A stretch of DNA of 50,324 nt from Candidatus Nanopelagicales bacterium (GCA_051007175.1 JBPCSL010000115.1:1-50324), one strand, 5' to 3'; positions 11,710 to 22,129 are shown, counted from the stretch's first letter. Notes: generated by a model not told the origin, from the sequence alone. Numbers and translations: made by a program.

Positions 11710-13173
11710 GTGAGCCAGCGAGTGCGCGCCTGCATCGTCGGGGCTGGCTTCTCGGGCATCGGGGCGGCCATCGCCCTGCGCCGTGCCGGCGTGGTGGACC
11801 TGGCGATCCTCGACCGTGGGTCGCGCGTGGGCGGGGCCTGGCGGGACAACTCCTATCCGGGCTGCGCCTGCGACGTCCAGAGCCGCCTGTACGAGCTGGC
11901 CGTCGCCCCCTGGCCCGAGTGGACGCGCAAGTTCGCCGGGCAGCAGGAGATCGAGGCCTACCTTGAGCGCGTCGTGGAGATCTTCGGTCTGGGCCCGAGC
12001 CTGCGGCTCGGCACCGAGGTGCTGCGCGCGACCTGGGACGACGAGGCGGCTGTCTGGCAGGTGAGCACCTCCCGGGGGGACCTCACCGCCGATGTCCTCA
12101 TCAGCGCCTGCGGCGGCCTCACGGAGCCCCTCTACCCGCAGGTGCCGGGAGTCCAGGACTTCCGCGGTCCGGCCATGCACACCGCCCGCTGGGACCACTC
12201 GGTCGATCTCGCGGGCAAGCGGATCGCGGTGGTGGGCACCGGTGCCTCGGCGATCCAGGTGGTCCCGGCCATCGCGCCCATCGCCGCCCAGTTGGTGCTT
12301 CTGCAGCGCACGCCGCCCTGGGTCATGCCGCGCCGCGACCGTGCCGTGCCGGCGTGGTACCGGTCGCTGCTGGCTTCCCTCCCTCCCGTCCAGCAGGCGA
12401 TGCGCGGCATCTCGTCGTGGGCCCGCGAGGTGCAATTGCTCTCGTTCACCCGCCAGGGCGCGTTCCGGGCCCTCGGGGAGCGGATGGCGCGCCGGCACCT
12501 GGAGGCGCAGGTTACCGATCCCGAGCTCCGCGAGCGCGTCACTCCGCGCTACGACATGGGATGCAAGCGCATCCTGCTGAGCGACGACTACTATCCGGCC
12601 CTCATGCGCGACAACGTGACTGTCGCTCCCGGCCTGGAGCGCGTGACGGGCACCGGGGTCGTCGATGCCGATGGCGTCGAGCACGAAGTCGACGTCATCG
12701 TGTGGGCGACCGGCTTCAATGTCCTCGAGCCGCCGCTGGCCGACCGCGTGGTGGGCAGGGACGGCGAGACGCTGGCCGAGGCGTTCGAGCGCAACGGCAT
12801 GAGCGCCTACAAGGGCACCACGGTGGCCGGATTCCCCAATCTCTACATCCTCCAGGGCCCCAACACGGGCCTGGGGCACTCCTCGGTCGTCCTCATGTCC
12901 GAGGCGCAGATCGACTACCTCGCCCCCGCCGTCGCCTCAGGCCTGGTCCACGAGGTGGATCCGCGGCGCCAGGACGCCTACCGCGACGAGATCGATCGAC
13001 GACTGGCGTTGACCGTGTGGCAGCAGGGCGGTTGCCAGTCCTGGTACCAGAATGGCCATGGTCGCAACGTCGCCCTGTGGCCGGGCTCGACCCACGGATT
13101 CGCCCGGCTGCTGCGGCGATTCGACCCCGAGGCCTACCGCACCCGCAGGGCAGAGGAGCGCATCCATGCGTGA
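11710..13173 (+). CDS. Type I Baeyer-Villiger / flavin-containing monooxygenase
   Basis: Rossmann motif IVGAGFSGIGAA near the N-terminus when started at GTG 11710 (ATG 11641 is possible). BVMO fingerprint FxGxxxHxxxW(P/D) = FRGPAMHTARWD. Second Rossmann motif VVGTGASA. Confidence 0.8.
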   Translation: MSQRVRACIVGAGFSGIGAAIALRRAGVVDLAILDRGSRVGGAWRDNSYPGCACDVQSRLYELAVAPWPEWTRKFAGQQEIEAYLERVVEIFGLGPSLRLGTEVLRATWDDEAAVWQVSTSRGDLTADVLISACGGLTEPLYPQVPGVQDFRGPAMHTARWDHSVDLAGKRIAVVGTGASAIQVVPAIAPIAAQLVLLQRTPPWVMPRRDRAVPAWYRSLLASLPPVQQAMRGISSWAREVQLLSFTRQGAFRALGERMARRHLEAQVTDPELRERVTPRYDMGCKRILLSDDYYPALMRDNVTVAPGLERVTGTGVVDADGVEHEVDVIVWATGFNVLEPPLADRVVGRDGETLAEAFERNGMSAYKGTTVAGFPNLYILQGPNTGLGHSSVVLMSEAQIDYLAPAVASGLVHEVDPRRQDAYRDEIDRRLALTVWQQGGCQSWYQNGHGRNVALWPGSTHGFARLLRRFDPEAYRTRRAEERIHA

Positions 13174-13999
13174 TCGCTACGTCATCGACGGCGGAGTCGC
13201 CGTCGTCACCGGAGCAGCCGGGGGGATCGGCTCGGCCGTGGCCGAGCGCCTCGCGCGATCCGGCAGCCATCTCGCCCTGGTCGACAAGGACAAGGAGGGC
13301 CTCGAGGAGGTCGCGGAGTCCGTCGCGGCGCGCCGTCCGGATCGACGCATCACCGTGCATGCCATCGACCTCTCAGAGCGCGACGGGGCAACCGAGCTGG
13401 CCGAGCAGGTCGTGGCCGAGCACGCGAGGGTCTCCCTGCTCGTCAACAACGCCGGGGTCGCGCTGGGGGGCCGCTTCGAGCAGGTGTCGATGGACGATGT
13501 CGACTGGCTGCTCGCCATCAACCTGCGGGGGGTGATGGCCGTGACATCGGCCTTCCTCCCGTACCTGCAGCGAGACGCTCACATCACCAACCTGTCCTCG
13601 CTCTTCGGGATCATCGCCCCTGTCGGCAATGCGACGTACGCGGCGAGCAAGTTCGGCGTCCGAGGATTCAGCCTCGCCCTCCGGCAGGAGCTGAGGCCGC
13701 GGGGCATCGGGGTCACCGCGGTGCATCCGGGTGGCATCAGGACCGGCATCGCCCGTAGCGCCCGGCGCGGCGTCGCGCTGAGCGAGGCGGAGTGGGCCAC
13801 GGGGCAGGCCATCTTCGACAAGTTCCTCGTCATCGAGCCGGCGGTGGCCGCTCGGCAGATCGTCGAGGGCACCCGACGTCGCAAGGCGCGAGTGCTCATT
13901 GGTCCGGAGGCCTACCTCGGCGATGCCCTGGCGCGACTGGCACCGGTGGGGCATGGGGCCCTCTTCGAGAGGCTCATGCGCCTGCGGGCCCTGCGATGA
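13166..13999 (+). CDS. Short-chain dehydrogenase/reductase (SDR)
   Basis: ATG 13166 overlaps the BVMO stop by 8 nt. TGAAGGIGSA cofactor motif, NNAG, and YAASK catalytic Y-x3-K. Confidence 0.85.
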   Translation: MRDRYVIDGGVAVVTGAAGGIGSAVAERLARSGSHLALVDKDKEGLEEVAESVAARRPDRRITVHAIDLSERDGATELAEQVVAEHARVSLLVNNAGVALGGRFEQVSMDDVDWLLAINLRGVMAVTSAFLPYLQRDAHITNLSSLFGIIAPVGNATYAASKFGVRGFSLALRQELRPRGIGVTAVHPGGIRTGIARSARRGVALSEAEWATGQAIFDKFLVIEPAVAARQIVEGTRRRKARVLIGPEAYLGDALARLAPVGHGALFERLMRLRALR

Positions 14000-15201
14000 G
14001 GCGCCTGCTCGCGACTGCTGCGGCCGTCGCGCTCCTCGTGGGCGTGCCCGGCACAGCTCTGGCAGCCGACCCCGACGTCGCGATGGCCAAGGCCTTGAAG
14101 TCCCGAGCGCAGGCGGCGGCGCTGGGCGATGACGTGACCGTCTACGTCGCCGACGCGGCCACCGGCACCGGCATCTTCGCCCTGGACGCCGACGAGAAGC
14201 AGTTGCCCGCCTCGACCATGAAGGTCGTGACGGCCGCAACCGCCATGGCCACCCTGGGCCAAGACCACCGCTTCGTCACGAAGGTCGTCCGGGGGACGCG
14301 TGCGAACGAGGTCGTCCTCGTGGGTGGCGGCGACCCGATGCTCACTGCGTCGCAGTTGCAGAGGCTGGCTGCGCGCACGGCCAAGCAGTGGAAGAAGCAG
14401 GCGCTCAGCGGCCCCATCACCCTCAAGGTCGACGACTACCTCTTCCCCGCTCCCTCATCCGCCGACGGCTGGGCGCCGGGAGACAGCCCGAGCTACGCCG
14501 CGGCGGTCCGGCCGCTGGCGATGCTGGGGGAGTACTCCTCCGATCCCGTGTCGACGGCTGCGTCGGTCTTCGTGAGCGCCCTGCGTGCGAAGGGACTCGA
14601 CGTGGACTACGCCGGCCGCGCCGTGGCGCCACCGGAGGCCCAGGTTCTTGCCTCGGTCGACGACAACACGGTGGCGGATGCCGTGGAGCTCATGCTGAGG
14701 GTCAGCGAGAACAACATCGCCGAGGTGCTCTTCCGCGACGTGGCGCTGGCCCGTGGCTACCCCGCCACCTGGTCCAGTGCGGCTGCCGCGGCCTACGAGG
14801 CCCTCGGCGAGCTGGGGATCGACACGTCACCGCTGCGCCTCAAGGACGGCAGCGGACTCAGTGAGAATGACCGCCTGACCGCGCGTGCGCTCACGGAGAT
14901 TCTCGACCTCACCGTGGATCCCGACCATCCGGAGTTGGCCGCCATTCGAGGCTGGCTGCCCGTGGCGGGTCGCACGGGCACGCTCACCTATCGCTTCAAC
15001 GGTTCGGCCTCCTGCGCGCGCGACGAGGTGTTTGCCAAGACCGGGAGCATCACCGGCGTGAGCACGCTCGCCGGCCTGACCCGCGGCGCCGACGGCGAGT
15101 GGAAGAGCTTCGCGATCATGGTCAACCGCGCTCCGTGGGCCTCGAGCTCAACCAGCCTCGCGATCGACACCCTCGCGGCCACCGTGAACGGCTGCGCGTG
15201 A
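13996..15201 (+). CDS. dacB: D-alanyl-D-alanine carboxypeptidase/endopeptidase (PBP4, peptidase S13)
   Basis: ATGA overlap with the SDR stop. Signal peptide MRRLLATAAAVALLVGVPGTALA. SxxK STMK, SxN SENN, KTG AKTGS. Confidence 0.85.
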   Translation: MRRLLATAAAVALLVGVPGTALAADPDVAMAKALKSRAQAAALGDDVTVYVADAATGTGIFALDADEKQLPASTMKVVTAATAMATLGQDHRFVTKVVRGTRANEVVLVGGGDPMLTASQLQRLAARTAKQWKKQALSGPITLKVDDYLFPAPSSADGWAPGDSPSYAAAVRPLAMLGEYSSDPVSTAASVFVSALRAKGLDVDYAGRAVAPPEAQVLASVDDNTVADAVELMLRVSENNIAEVLFRDVALARGYPATWSSAAAAAYEALGELGIDTSPLRLKDGSGLSENDRLTARALTEILDLTVDPDHPELAAIRGWLPVAGRTGTLTYRFNGSASCARDEVFAKTGSITGVSTLAGLTRGADGEWKSFAIMVNRAPWASSSTSLAIDTLAATVNGCA

Positions 15202-16583
15202 GCCCCGAGGATTCCGTCCTGGCAGCGGCCGCGGCGGCGCTGGCCGACGGCGACATCGTGACGGACACCGACATCCTGGAGTCCTACCGCTTCGATAGAT
15301 CGTCGGGATCGGAGGCGGGTCAGCCCTTCGCGGTCCTCTTCCCGCGCACGGCCGATCAGGTGTCGGCGGTCATGCGAGCCTGCTACGACCAGCGCGTGCC
15401 GGTGGTCCCGCGCGGCGCCGGATCCGGACTCACCGGCGGATCGAATGCGATCGACGGCAGCCTCGTGCTGTGCCTGGAGCGGATGCGCGAGGTGCTCGAC
15501 GTCGACGTGGCCAACGGCTACGTCGAGACCCAGCCCGGGATCTTCAACACCGAGCTCCGCGAGCACGTCGCGCAGCACGGCCTGTGGTACGCCCCGGATC
15601 CCGCGAGCAAGGACTTCTGCTCCATCGGCGGCAATGTGAATACGAATGCGGGCGGACTGTGCTGCGTGAAGTACGGCGTCACTCGCGATGCCGTGCTGGG
15701 CCTGGAGGTCGTGCTGCCCCACGGACGGGTGACGCGCGTGGGCCGGCGTTCGATCAAGGGAGTGGCCGGATATGACCTGGCCGGCCTCTTCGTCGGGAGT
15801 GAGGGGACCCTCGGCATCGTCACCATGGCCCGGCTGCGTCTGCGGCCGCTGCCGCCGCCAGCCACGACCGTGGTCGCGATCTTCGACACCATGGCCGACG
15901 CGGGCCGTGCCGTCGAGGCGATCATGCGCGGTACGACCCCCAGTGTGCTGGAGATCCTCGATCGCACGACCATGCAGGCGGTCGAGCAGTGGAGACCCTC
16001 AGGCCTGCCCTCCACGGCGGGCGCACTCCTCCTCGCCCAGTCGGACCTTCCGGGGGAGTCGGCTCTCGCGGAGGCCGACGCGATCCTGGCGGCGTGCGAG
16101 GCGGCTGGCGCGACCGAGGCCTACCGATCCGAGGACCAGGAGCAATCCGAGATGCTCATGGGGGCGCGTCGCATGGCCATCCCCGCCCTGGAATCACTGG
16201 GTGACTGGCTGCTCGATGACATCTCGGTCCCGCGCTCCCGGTTTGCCGAGAGCGTTGCGCGCATCGAGGAGGTGTCGGCCCGCCGGGAGGTGATGATCGC
16301 CAGCTTCGGCCATGCCGGAGACGGCAACCTGCACCCCACGATCGTGATCCCGCGCGGTGACGAGGCGGCGGCTGCCCGGGCGCTCGCGGCCTTCGACGAC
16401 ATCCTCGACGTCGCCCTGCAGCTTGGGGGATCCGTGACGGGCGAGCACGGCATCGGCCTCCTCAAGAGGCGATCGCTCGCCGATGAACTCGATGCGCCGG
16501 CCCAGGACTTGCACTTCCGCATCAAGGAGGCGGTCGACCCCCGGGGGATCCTCAACCCGGGGAAGTCGCTGCCTCGCTGGTGA
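15198..16583 (+). CDS. FAD-linked oxidase (GlcD / D-lactate dehydrogenase family)
   Basis: GTGA overlap with the dacB stop. PCMH-type FAD-binding region VVPRGAGSGLTGG. C-terminal GSVTGEHGIGLLKR...DPRGILNPGK. Confidence 0.85.
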   Translation: MSPEDSVLAAAAAALADGDIVTDTDILESYRFDRSSGSEAGQPFAVLFPRTADQVSAVMRACYDQRVPVVPRGAGSGLTGGSNAIDGSLVLCLERMREVLDVDVANGYVETQPGIFNTELREHVAQHGLWYAPDPASKDFCSIGGNVNTNAGGLCCVKYGVTRDAVLGLEVVLPHGRVTRVGRRSIKGVAGYDLAGLFVGSEGTLGIVTMARLRLRPLPPPATTVVAIFDTMADAGRAVEAIMRGTTPSVLEILDRTTMQAVEQWRPSGLPSTAGALLLAQSDLPGESALAEADAILAACEAAGATEAYRSEDQEQSEMLMGARRMAIPALESLGDWLLDDISVPRSRFAESVARIEEVSARREVMIASFGHAGDGNLHPTIVIPRGDEAAAARALAAFDDILDVALQLGGSVTGEHGIGLLKRRSLADELDAPAQDLHFRIKEAVDPRGILNPGKSLPRW

Positions 16584-17703
16584 CGGGAGGTCCTCGGCCA
16601 GGCAGGGGATGCTCGGGGTCTCGGCCGGTCAGGTACTTCATGACGCGATAGATGGCCGCGCCGAAGGGCACGGCGACGAGCGCGCCGATGATGCCGAGCA
16701 CGATGGACCCGATGGCAATGAGGATGATGATCGCGAGTGGATTGAGGCTCACGGCCTTGCCCATGACGAGCGGCTGCATCACGTCGCCGTCGAAGGAGCC
16801 GACCACGACGGTGAGCGCGACGACGAGCAGGGCGATGATCGGGCCGCGCTCGGCAAGCGCCACGATCGCCGCGAAGAACGTCGCGATGGGTGCGCCGATG
16901 ACGGGGATGAACGCACCGAAGAAGACGATGGCCGCGAGGGCCGGAGCCATCGGGACTTGAAGAATGAGCAGCCCGATGAAGACGAGGATGGAGTCGCACA
17001 AGGCGACGATGACCACGCCTCGGGTGTAGCCGGAGAGGGAGTCCCAGGCCAGGTCACCCGAGGTATTGACGTAGGGGCGGGACCGGGTCGGCATCCAGCT
17101 CACGACCCAGCCCCAGATGACCTGCGGGCTCATCATGAAGAAGATCACGCCGAAGATGAAGACCGATCCGCCCAGCACAATGTCGCCCACCGACCCCAGG
17201 GCCGACTGTCCGATGTCGAGGGCGAAGTTCTTGCCCCAGTTCTCCGCTTCGGTGACGTAGGTGTTGAAGTCATCGTTGCTCAGGTTCAGCGGTGGCCCCG
17301 ACGCCCACTTCTGGAGCTCCGACATCGACTGTTGGAAGGAGGTGGCGAGGTCAGGCCCCTCACTGACGATGGAGCGCACCACGATGGTGAGGACCACCAC
17401 GACCGCGATGGCGATGAGGATGATCGCCAGAATCATCGCCAGGGCCTTGTGCAAGTGGGCCCGCTTCTGGAAGAAGTGCATGATCGGCGAGGCCAGCGCG
17501 GTGAAGAAGGCGGCGAGGAAGAGCGCTACCACGACGATGTAGATCGCCCCGAGGACCGTGAAGATCACCGCCAGCCCGGCGAGCAGGATCAGGATGCGCC
17601 AGGTGATGCCGGCGGCCGTCTTGAGGGTAGGAGGCACGCCGTCGCCGGGCGGGGCCGCCGGCTCGGTGGTCTCGGCGGGTGCGGACTCCGGCGGCTGGGT
17701 CAT
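16552..17703 (-). CDS. AI-2E family (PerM/UPF0118) membrane transporter
   Basis: Multi-TM protein. Start taken at MTQPPES (ATG 17703) rather than the ORF-track 17841. 3' end overlaps the convergent FAD oxidase gene by 32 nt. Confidence 0.75.
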   Translation of the reverse strand: MTQPPESAPAETTEPAAPPGDGVPPTLKTAAGITWRILILLAGLAVIFTVLGAIYIVVVALFLAAFFTALASPIMHFFQKRAHLHKALAMILAIILIAIAVVVVLTIVVRSIVSEGPDLATSFQQSMSELQKWASGPPLNLSNDDFNTYVTEAENWGKNFALDIGQSALGSVGDIVLGGSVFIFGVIFFMMSPQVIWGWVVSWMPTRSRPYVNTSGDLAWDSLSGYTRGVVIVALCDSILVFIGLLILQVPMAPALAAIVFFGAFIPVIGAPIATFFAAIVALAERGPIIALLVVALTVVVGSFDGDVMQPLVMGKAVSLNPLAIIILIAIGSIVLGIIGALVAVPFGAAIYRVMKYLTGRDPEHPLPGRGPPVTSEAATSPG

Positions 17704-17726
17704 GGGGGGACCGTAGCGGAGCGGGG

Positions 17727-18350
17727 TCAGTCGATGCGGACGAAACCCCGTGGAGTGAGGAAGTTGCAGGCGGAGATACCCCGATCCTCGGCCTCCACCC
17801 AGGTCAGCTCCACCCCGAGGTCCTGGCCAACGGGCAGCCACTCCGCCAGGGTCTCGGCGTCACCGCACATCTCGATGCTCGCCAGGCGCACGTCGCCACC
17901 GGGACTCGACGGGTGCTCAGCGCGTTGCTCCCACTGGATGAAGTACGGCAGCTGAGGATCCTCGAGCAGGTCGAGGACGCCGATCTGCTTCCAGCGCAGG
18001 TCGGAGCCGTCCGGGCGGATGCGGTGGCCGGCCACGCTGTCGCGCCCGAGGCGCTGCTCGATACCGGCGATGTCGTCGACGGCGACGACCCATCCGAGCC
18101 AGCCGCCGCCTTCCTCCGCGCGCTGACGGACGGCGCGACCGAAGGGAGCCTTGTCGGCGGCGGGGTGGTCGAGCGCCGCTACCACCTCGACGTACGTGCC
18201 ATCGGCGAGCGGCAGGATGAAGTTCCTCGTGCCGAACGACGGGTGAATCCCGCCGTCGACGAAGGGTGCGCCGAGATCCGATCCGATGCGCTGGACCACC
18301 TCGGCGAGCTGGCTGGACTCGCAGGCGTAGGACACGTGATCGAGGCGCAC
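17727..18350 (-). CDS. VOC/glyoxalase-like domain protein
   Basis: 207 aa, MRLDHVSYAC...GTRNFILPLADGTYVEVVA...GWLGWVV pattern of glyoxalase-like domain proteins. High GC3. Confidence 0.6.
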   Translation of the reverse strand: MRLDHVSYACESSQLAEVVQRIGSDLGAPFVDGGIHPSFGTRNFILPLADGTYVEVVAALDHPAADKAPFGRAVRQRAEEGGGWLGWVVAVDDIAGIEQRLGRDSVAGHRIRPDGSDLRWKQIGVLDLLEDPQLPYFIQWEQRAEHPSSPGGDVRLASIEMCGDAETLAEWLPVGQDLGVELTWVEAEDRGISACNFLTPRGFVRID

Positions 18351-18456
18351 GGCGCCATCCTGCCAAGAGCCCCCCGATGTCGATCGCCCGGACCCCCCAG
18401 CGACGGGGGCACCGACGGCGTAGGGTGCGGGCAGTCCTGATCAGCGAGGAGAGGTC

Positions 18457-19602
18457 ATGAGCGACGAGTCGGCCGCCAGCGGCGCGCCAGCCGCGGGCGA
18501 CGAGGCGGGCCCCCCCGTCGCGCCCCAGGCCCAGCAGCCAGCCCCTGTCGCCCTGGACAAGAAGAAGTCGATCATCCTCGGCATCATTGGCTTGATCTTC
18601 ATCGTGCTGATCTTCTGGAAGGTCATCCCGACGATCGGCAGCTACTCGGAGGCGCTCGCCGCCCTGCAGAACATGGGCTGGGCCTCCGTGTTCGTCATCG
18701 TCGTGGCGGTTCTCATCTACCTCGCGGTCTACGGATTCCCTTTCATGGCCGCGGTGCCGGGGCTGAGCTACTGGCACGGCCAGCAGATCAACCAGGCGGC
18801 GTTCGCGATCAGCAATGGCGTGCCCGGCGGTGGAGCCGTGGGCCTCGCGGTCCAATACGGAATGCTGGCGTCCTACGGGGTCACTCCGGCGGCATCGACT
18901 TCGGCGATCGCGGTCGTCGGCCTCTGGAGCATCTTCGTCACGCTCGGCTTCCCCATCATCGGCGTCGGCGCGCTGGTCCTCGCGGGGGCCAATGGCGGTG
19001 CTTACGTGACCGTGGCCCTCATCGGCTTCGCGGTCCTCGCCGCGGCGATCATCGTGCTGGCCCTGATTGTGCGCAGCGCGAAGCTCGCCCGAGGGCTGGG
19101 CGTGCTCTGCAACAAACTCGTCCACCCCTTCGGGCGGTGGATCAAGTCGCTGCGCGACCTCGATCTCGTCCCCGCCATCCTCAATTTCCGCGAGACGATC
19201 TACACCCTCGTGACGAAGAGATGGGCGTGGATCACGCTCGCCCAGTGCGGGGTGTTCATCACGCAGTTCTTCATCCTGTACGTCGCCCTGCGCGGAGTCG
19301 AGGGATGGTCGAACGAGGGGACGCCCATCCTCATCGCGTTCGGCGCCTTCGCCATCAGCCAGGTCGGCCTCATGATCCCCATCACGCCGGGAGGTGTCGG
19401 CACGGTGGACGCCTTCATGATCGCCATCCTCACCGCGTTCGGGGTCTCTGACGGCGCAGCGACGGCGGCCGACCTGGTGTGGCGAGCTGCCTCCTTCGTG
19501 CCCCAGATCCTCATCGGCGTGATCGCGCTCATCACGTGGTACCGCCAGGCTGGTCGGAAGTTCGCCGCGGCGAAGCCCGAGCCTGAGGCCGCAGCAGGCT
19601 GA
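18457..19602 (+). CDS. Flippase-like (lysyl-phosphatidylglycerol synthase TM region, UPF0104) membrane protein
   Basis: RBS GAGGAGAGG before ATG 18457. Polytopic. Characteristic MIPITPGGVGTVDAFMIAIL motif. Confidence 0.7.
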   Translation: MSDESAASGAPAAGDEAGPPVAPQAQQPAPVALDKKKSIILGIIGLIFIVLIFWKVIPTIGSYSEALAALQNMGWASVFVIVVAVLIYLAVYGFPFMAAVPGLSYWHGQQINQAAFAISNGVPGGGAVGLAVQYGMLASYGVTPAASTSAIAVVGLWSIFVTLGFPIIGVGALVLAGANGGAYVTVALIGFAVLAAAIIVLALIVRSAKLARGLGVLCNKLVHPFGRWIKSLRDLDLVPAILNFRETIYTLVTKRWAWITLAQCGVFITQFFILYVALRGVEGWSNEGTPILIAFGAFAISQVGLMIPITPGGVGTVDAFMIAILTAFGVSDGAATAADLVWRAASFVPQILIGVIALITWYRQAGRKFAAAKPEPEAAAG

Positions 19603-19605
19603 GCC

Positions 19606-20370
19606 ATGTGGTCGAGGTACGTCGCCCTGGGGGATAGCTTCACCGAGGGCCTCATGGACGAGTTGGGGCCCGACGGGCGCCATCGAGGCTGGGCCGACCG
19701 GGTCGCGTGCGCCCTCCTCCAGGCGAATCCCGACCTGCTCTACGCCAACCTCGCCGTGCGCGGCAGGCTGCTGCCCCAGGTGGTGGCCGAGCAGGTGCCG
19801 GAGGCGCTGGCCCTGCGGCCCGACCTCGTCTCCTTCGCCGCGGGAGTCAATGACACCCTGCGTCGCTCATACGACCTGCACGCCACCATGACGGCTCTCG
19901 AGAACGCCGTGCGCGATCTGCGCGCGAGCGGAGCGGATGTCCTGCTCGTGGCCTTCGGCGACCCGTCGCGCCGGTCGATCGTGATGGGCTCGGTGAGCGG
20001 TCGGATCCTGTCGGCCAATGCGGCCATCAGGGCCATCGCGACCCAGTACGGATGCCTCATCGTGGACTTCTGGGGCTGCGCGGTCTTCGACGACGACGCG
20101 CTGTGGGACGAGGACCGGCTGCACCTGTCGCCCATCGGTCACGCCTACGCCGCGGCGGCGGCCCTCGAGGCCCTCGGACTCGGTGACGAGTCGTGGCGCA
20201 CGCCGCGGCCCCTCCCTCCGGGACAGGGAGCTGTCCCCCGAGCGGCCGGTCACCTGCGATGGGCCGGTCGGCACCTCGCCCCGTGGGTGGGTCGCCGGCT
20301 GAGGGGGCGTAGCTCCGGGGACCTCGTGGCGCCCAAGCGGCCGACGCTCTCCCCGCCGACGTGCGGGTAG
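19606..20370 (+). CDS. SGNH/GDSL hydrolase family protein
   Basis: Block I ALGDSFTEG near the N-terminus. Later GVND and DRLHLSPIGH (block V D-x-x-H). Confidence 0.8.
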   Translation: MWSRYVALGDSFTEGLMDELGPDGRHRGWADRVACALLQANPDLLYANLAVRGRLLPQVVAEQVPEALALRPDLVSFAAGVNDTLRRSYDLHATMTALENAVRDLRASGADVLLVAFGDPSRRSIVMGSVSGRILSANAAIRAIATQYGCLIVDFWGCAVFDDDALWDEDRLHLSPIGHAYAAAAALEALGLGDESWRTPRPLPPGQGAVPRAAGHLRWAGRHLAPWVGRRLRGRSSGDLVAPKRPTLSPPTCG

Positions 20371-20519
20371 ACCGAACCTGTCCTAGCATGACGCCTGAAG
20401 GGGAGTACCCCCTCGTCGTGGTGTCGTCATCACGGGTCCGCCGCGGGCCCCGGTGCCACGGGTCGGGCAACCGGCGGCGGGAGACCTTCGGCAGCGGCTT
20501 ATGCCGCCCGGAGGTTGTC

Positions 20520-21014
20520 ATGCCCAGTCGTCCCACCACTGCCACTGTCGCGTCCACGGCCGTTCCCACCGGCATTCATCTGACGGCCGACGGCCGCGTG
20601 CTCCTGGAGCAGCGCATCGCCTGGCTGCGTGAGGATGTCCTCGACCGCCTGCGCCCGCATCTCATGGGCCCCGAGCGCGATGAGCGCGACGTGGCCCAGT
20701 TCGAGCGCACCCTCGCGGAGGTGGGTCGACTCGAAGGCATCATCGCCGCCGCCGCGACTCTCCCGACCCCCGCGACCGGCCGAGGCGCCCGCGTGGAGCC
20801 GGGTGCGCTGGTCGAGGTCGAGGCGCAGGGTCGCGTGAAGGAGCGCATCCGCGTGCGCATCGTGCACCCCGAGGAGGCCGTGCTTGACGACGAGCGCATC
20901 TCGTGGACCTCGCCGCTGGCGAAGGCGCTCGTGGGCTCACGTGTCGGGGATGCGTGCGAGGTCGTCTCGCCCAGCGGTTCCTGGACCTGCGTGGTGAAGC
21001 GGATCCTCGCCTAA
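20520..21014 (+). CDS. GreA/GreB-family transcription factor-like protein
   Basis: ATG 20520 after GGAGG. Coiled-coil N-terminal part and a GreA C-terminal-like ISWTSPLAKALVGSRVGDACEV..PSG. Confidence 0.65.
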   Translation: MPSRPTTATVASTAVPTGIHLTADGRVLLEQRIAWLREDVLDRLRPHLMGPERDERDVAQFERTLAEVGRLEGIIAAAATLPTPATGRGARVEPGALVEVEAQGRVKERIRVRIVHPEEAVLDDERISWTSPLAKALVGSRVGDACEVVSPSGSWTCVVKRILA

Positions 21015-21102
21015 CTCATCCACACGGGCGGCTGGCCGCGCGCGTCCACAGGGGTGCGGCCAGCGGTGGTCCCGTCCCAGAGGCGTCCGCAAGCCTCTGG
21101 CC

Positions 21103-22080
21103 ATGAAGAACGCCACCCTGTGTGCTCCCGCCGACTTCGTCGTCGCCATCCCGCTGATCCTGGGGTTCTCCCCGCGGCATTCCGCCGTGGTCGTGGCCCT
21201 CGGGCCATCCGACGACATTCGACTCGTTGCCCGCTGCGATCTACCGGCGACGGGGGAGAGCTCCCCGCCGCCGGAGTCCCTCGTCCATGCCGTGGCCCGC
21301 GCGGTGCCCGGCGGGGCAGCTCTCCTCGAGGGCTTCGACGAGGAGCGTGCCCGCGCTGAGTCAGTGACGGCGGTCCTGGCCGAGTGCCTCGCAGCGAAGG
21401 GCGTCGCAGTGCGGGATCGCCTGCTGGTCCGGGGGAGCCGGTGGCAGTCCCTGGACGAGGGGGGCATCGGTGAGGGCCATCCCATCGATCCGGAGCGCGC
21501 AGAGGAGATCCGACAGACCCTCGGCGTCGACAGTCCCGCGGCCGACCGTTCCGAGCTGGTGGCCGAGCTCGATCCGCTCTCATCGGAGGAGCAGGCGGAG
21601 GTTTCGTCCTTCCTCAACGGCCTGCCGGCTCCCGAGGAGGCATGCCGCGACCACTGCATCAACGTCGCGCAAGAGGTCCTGCGTCGCGGGAACCCGTCCG
21701 CGCACGAGGTCGCCTCGGTGCTGCGTGCGGTGCGCGACATGCGTGTCCGCGACACGCTTCTCTGGGACGTCCTCCACGAGGCACCCTCGACCTGGGGCAC
21801 CTATGCCGACTCGCTGAGCCGCGTCGTGCGCCTCGCTCCCGAGGAGGAAAGGGCGCCCGCAGCCACGCTGCTCGCCATCCTGCGCTGGCAGACCGGCGAC
21901 GGCGCTCGCGCACTCATCGCCCTGGACCGCGGGCTCGCGGTGGAGCCGGGCTACTCACTGGCGAATCTCGTGGCCGCCCTGGTGTGCGGGGGATACGACC
22001 CGCGCGAGTGGCGGGAGGGCCTCGAGTCCCTGAGTCGGGACGCGTGCCGAGGGGCCGAAACCCGCTCCGGAGAAGGGTGA
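21103..22080 (+). CDS. DUF4192-family protein
   Basis: N-terminus APADFVVAIPLILGFSPRHSAVVVAL is the hallmark of actinobacterial DUF4192 proteins. Function unknown. Confidence 0.6.
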   Translation: MKNATLCAPADFVVAIPLILGFSPRHSAVVVALGPSDDIRLVARCDLPATGESSPPPESLVHAVARAVPGGAALLEGFDEERARAESVTAVLAECLAAKGVAVRDRLLVRGSRWQSLDEGGIGEGHPIDPERAEEIRQTLGVDSPAADRSELVAELDPLSSEEQAEVSSFLNGLPAPEEACRDHCINVAQEVLRRGNPSAHEVASVLRAVRDMRVRDTLLWDVLHEAPSTWGTYADSLSRVVRLAPEEERAPAATLLAILRWQTGDGARALIALDRGLAVEPGYSLANLVAALVCGGYDPREWREGLESLSRDACRGAETRSGEG

Positions 22081-22129
22081 TGCGGCCCGCGGTTGATGTC
22101 GCCGTCGACGTCGGGTAATGTTTTTTTCA

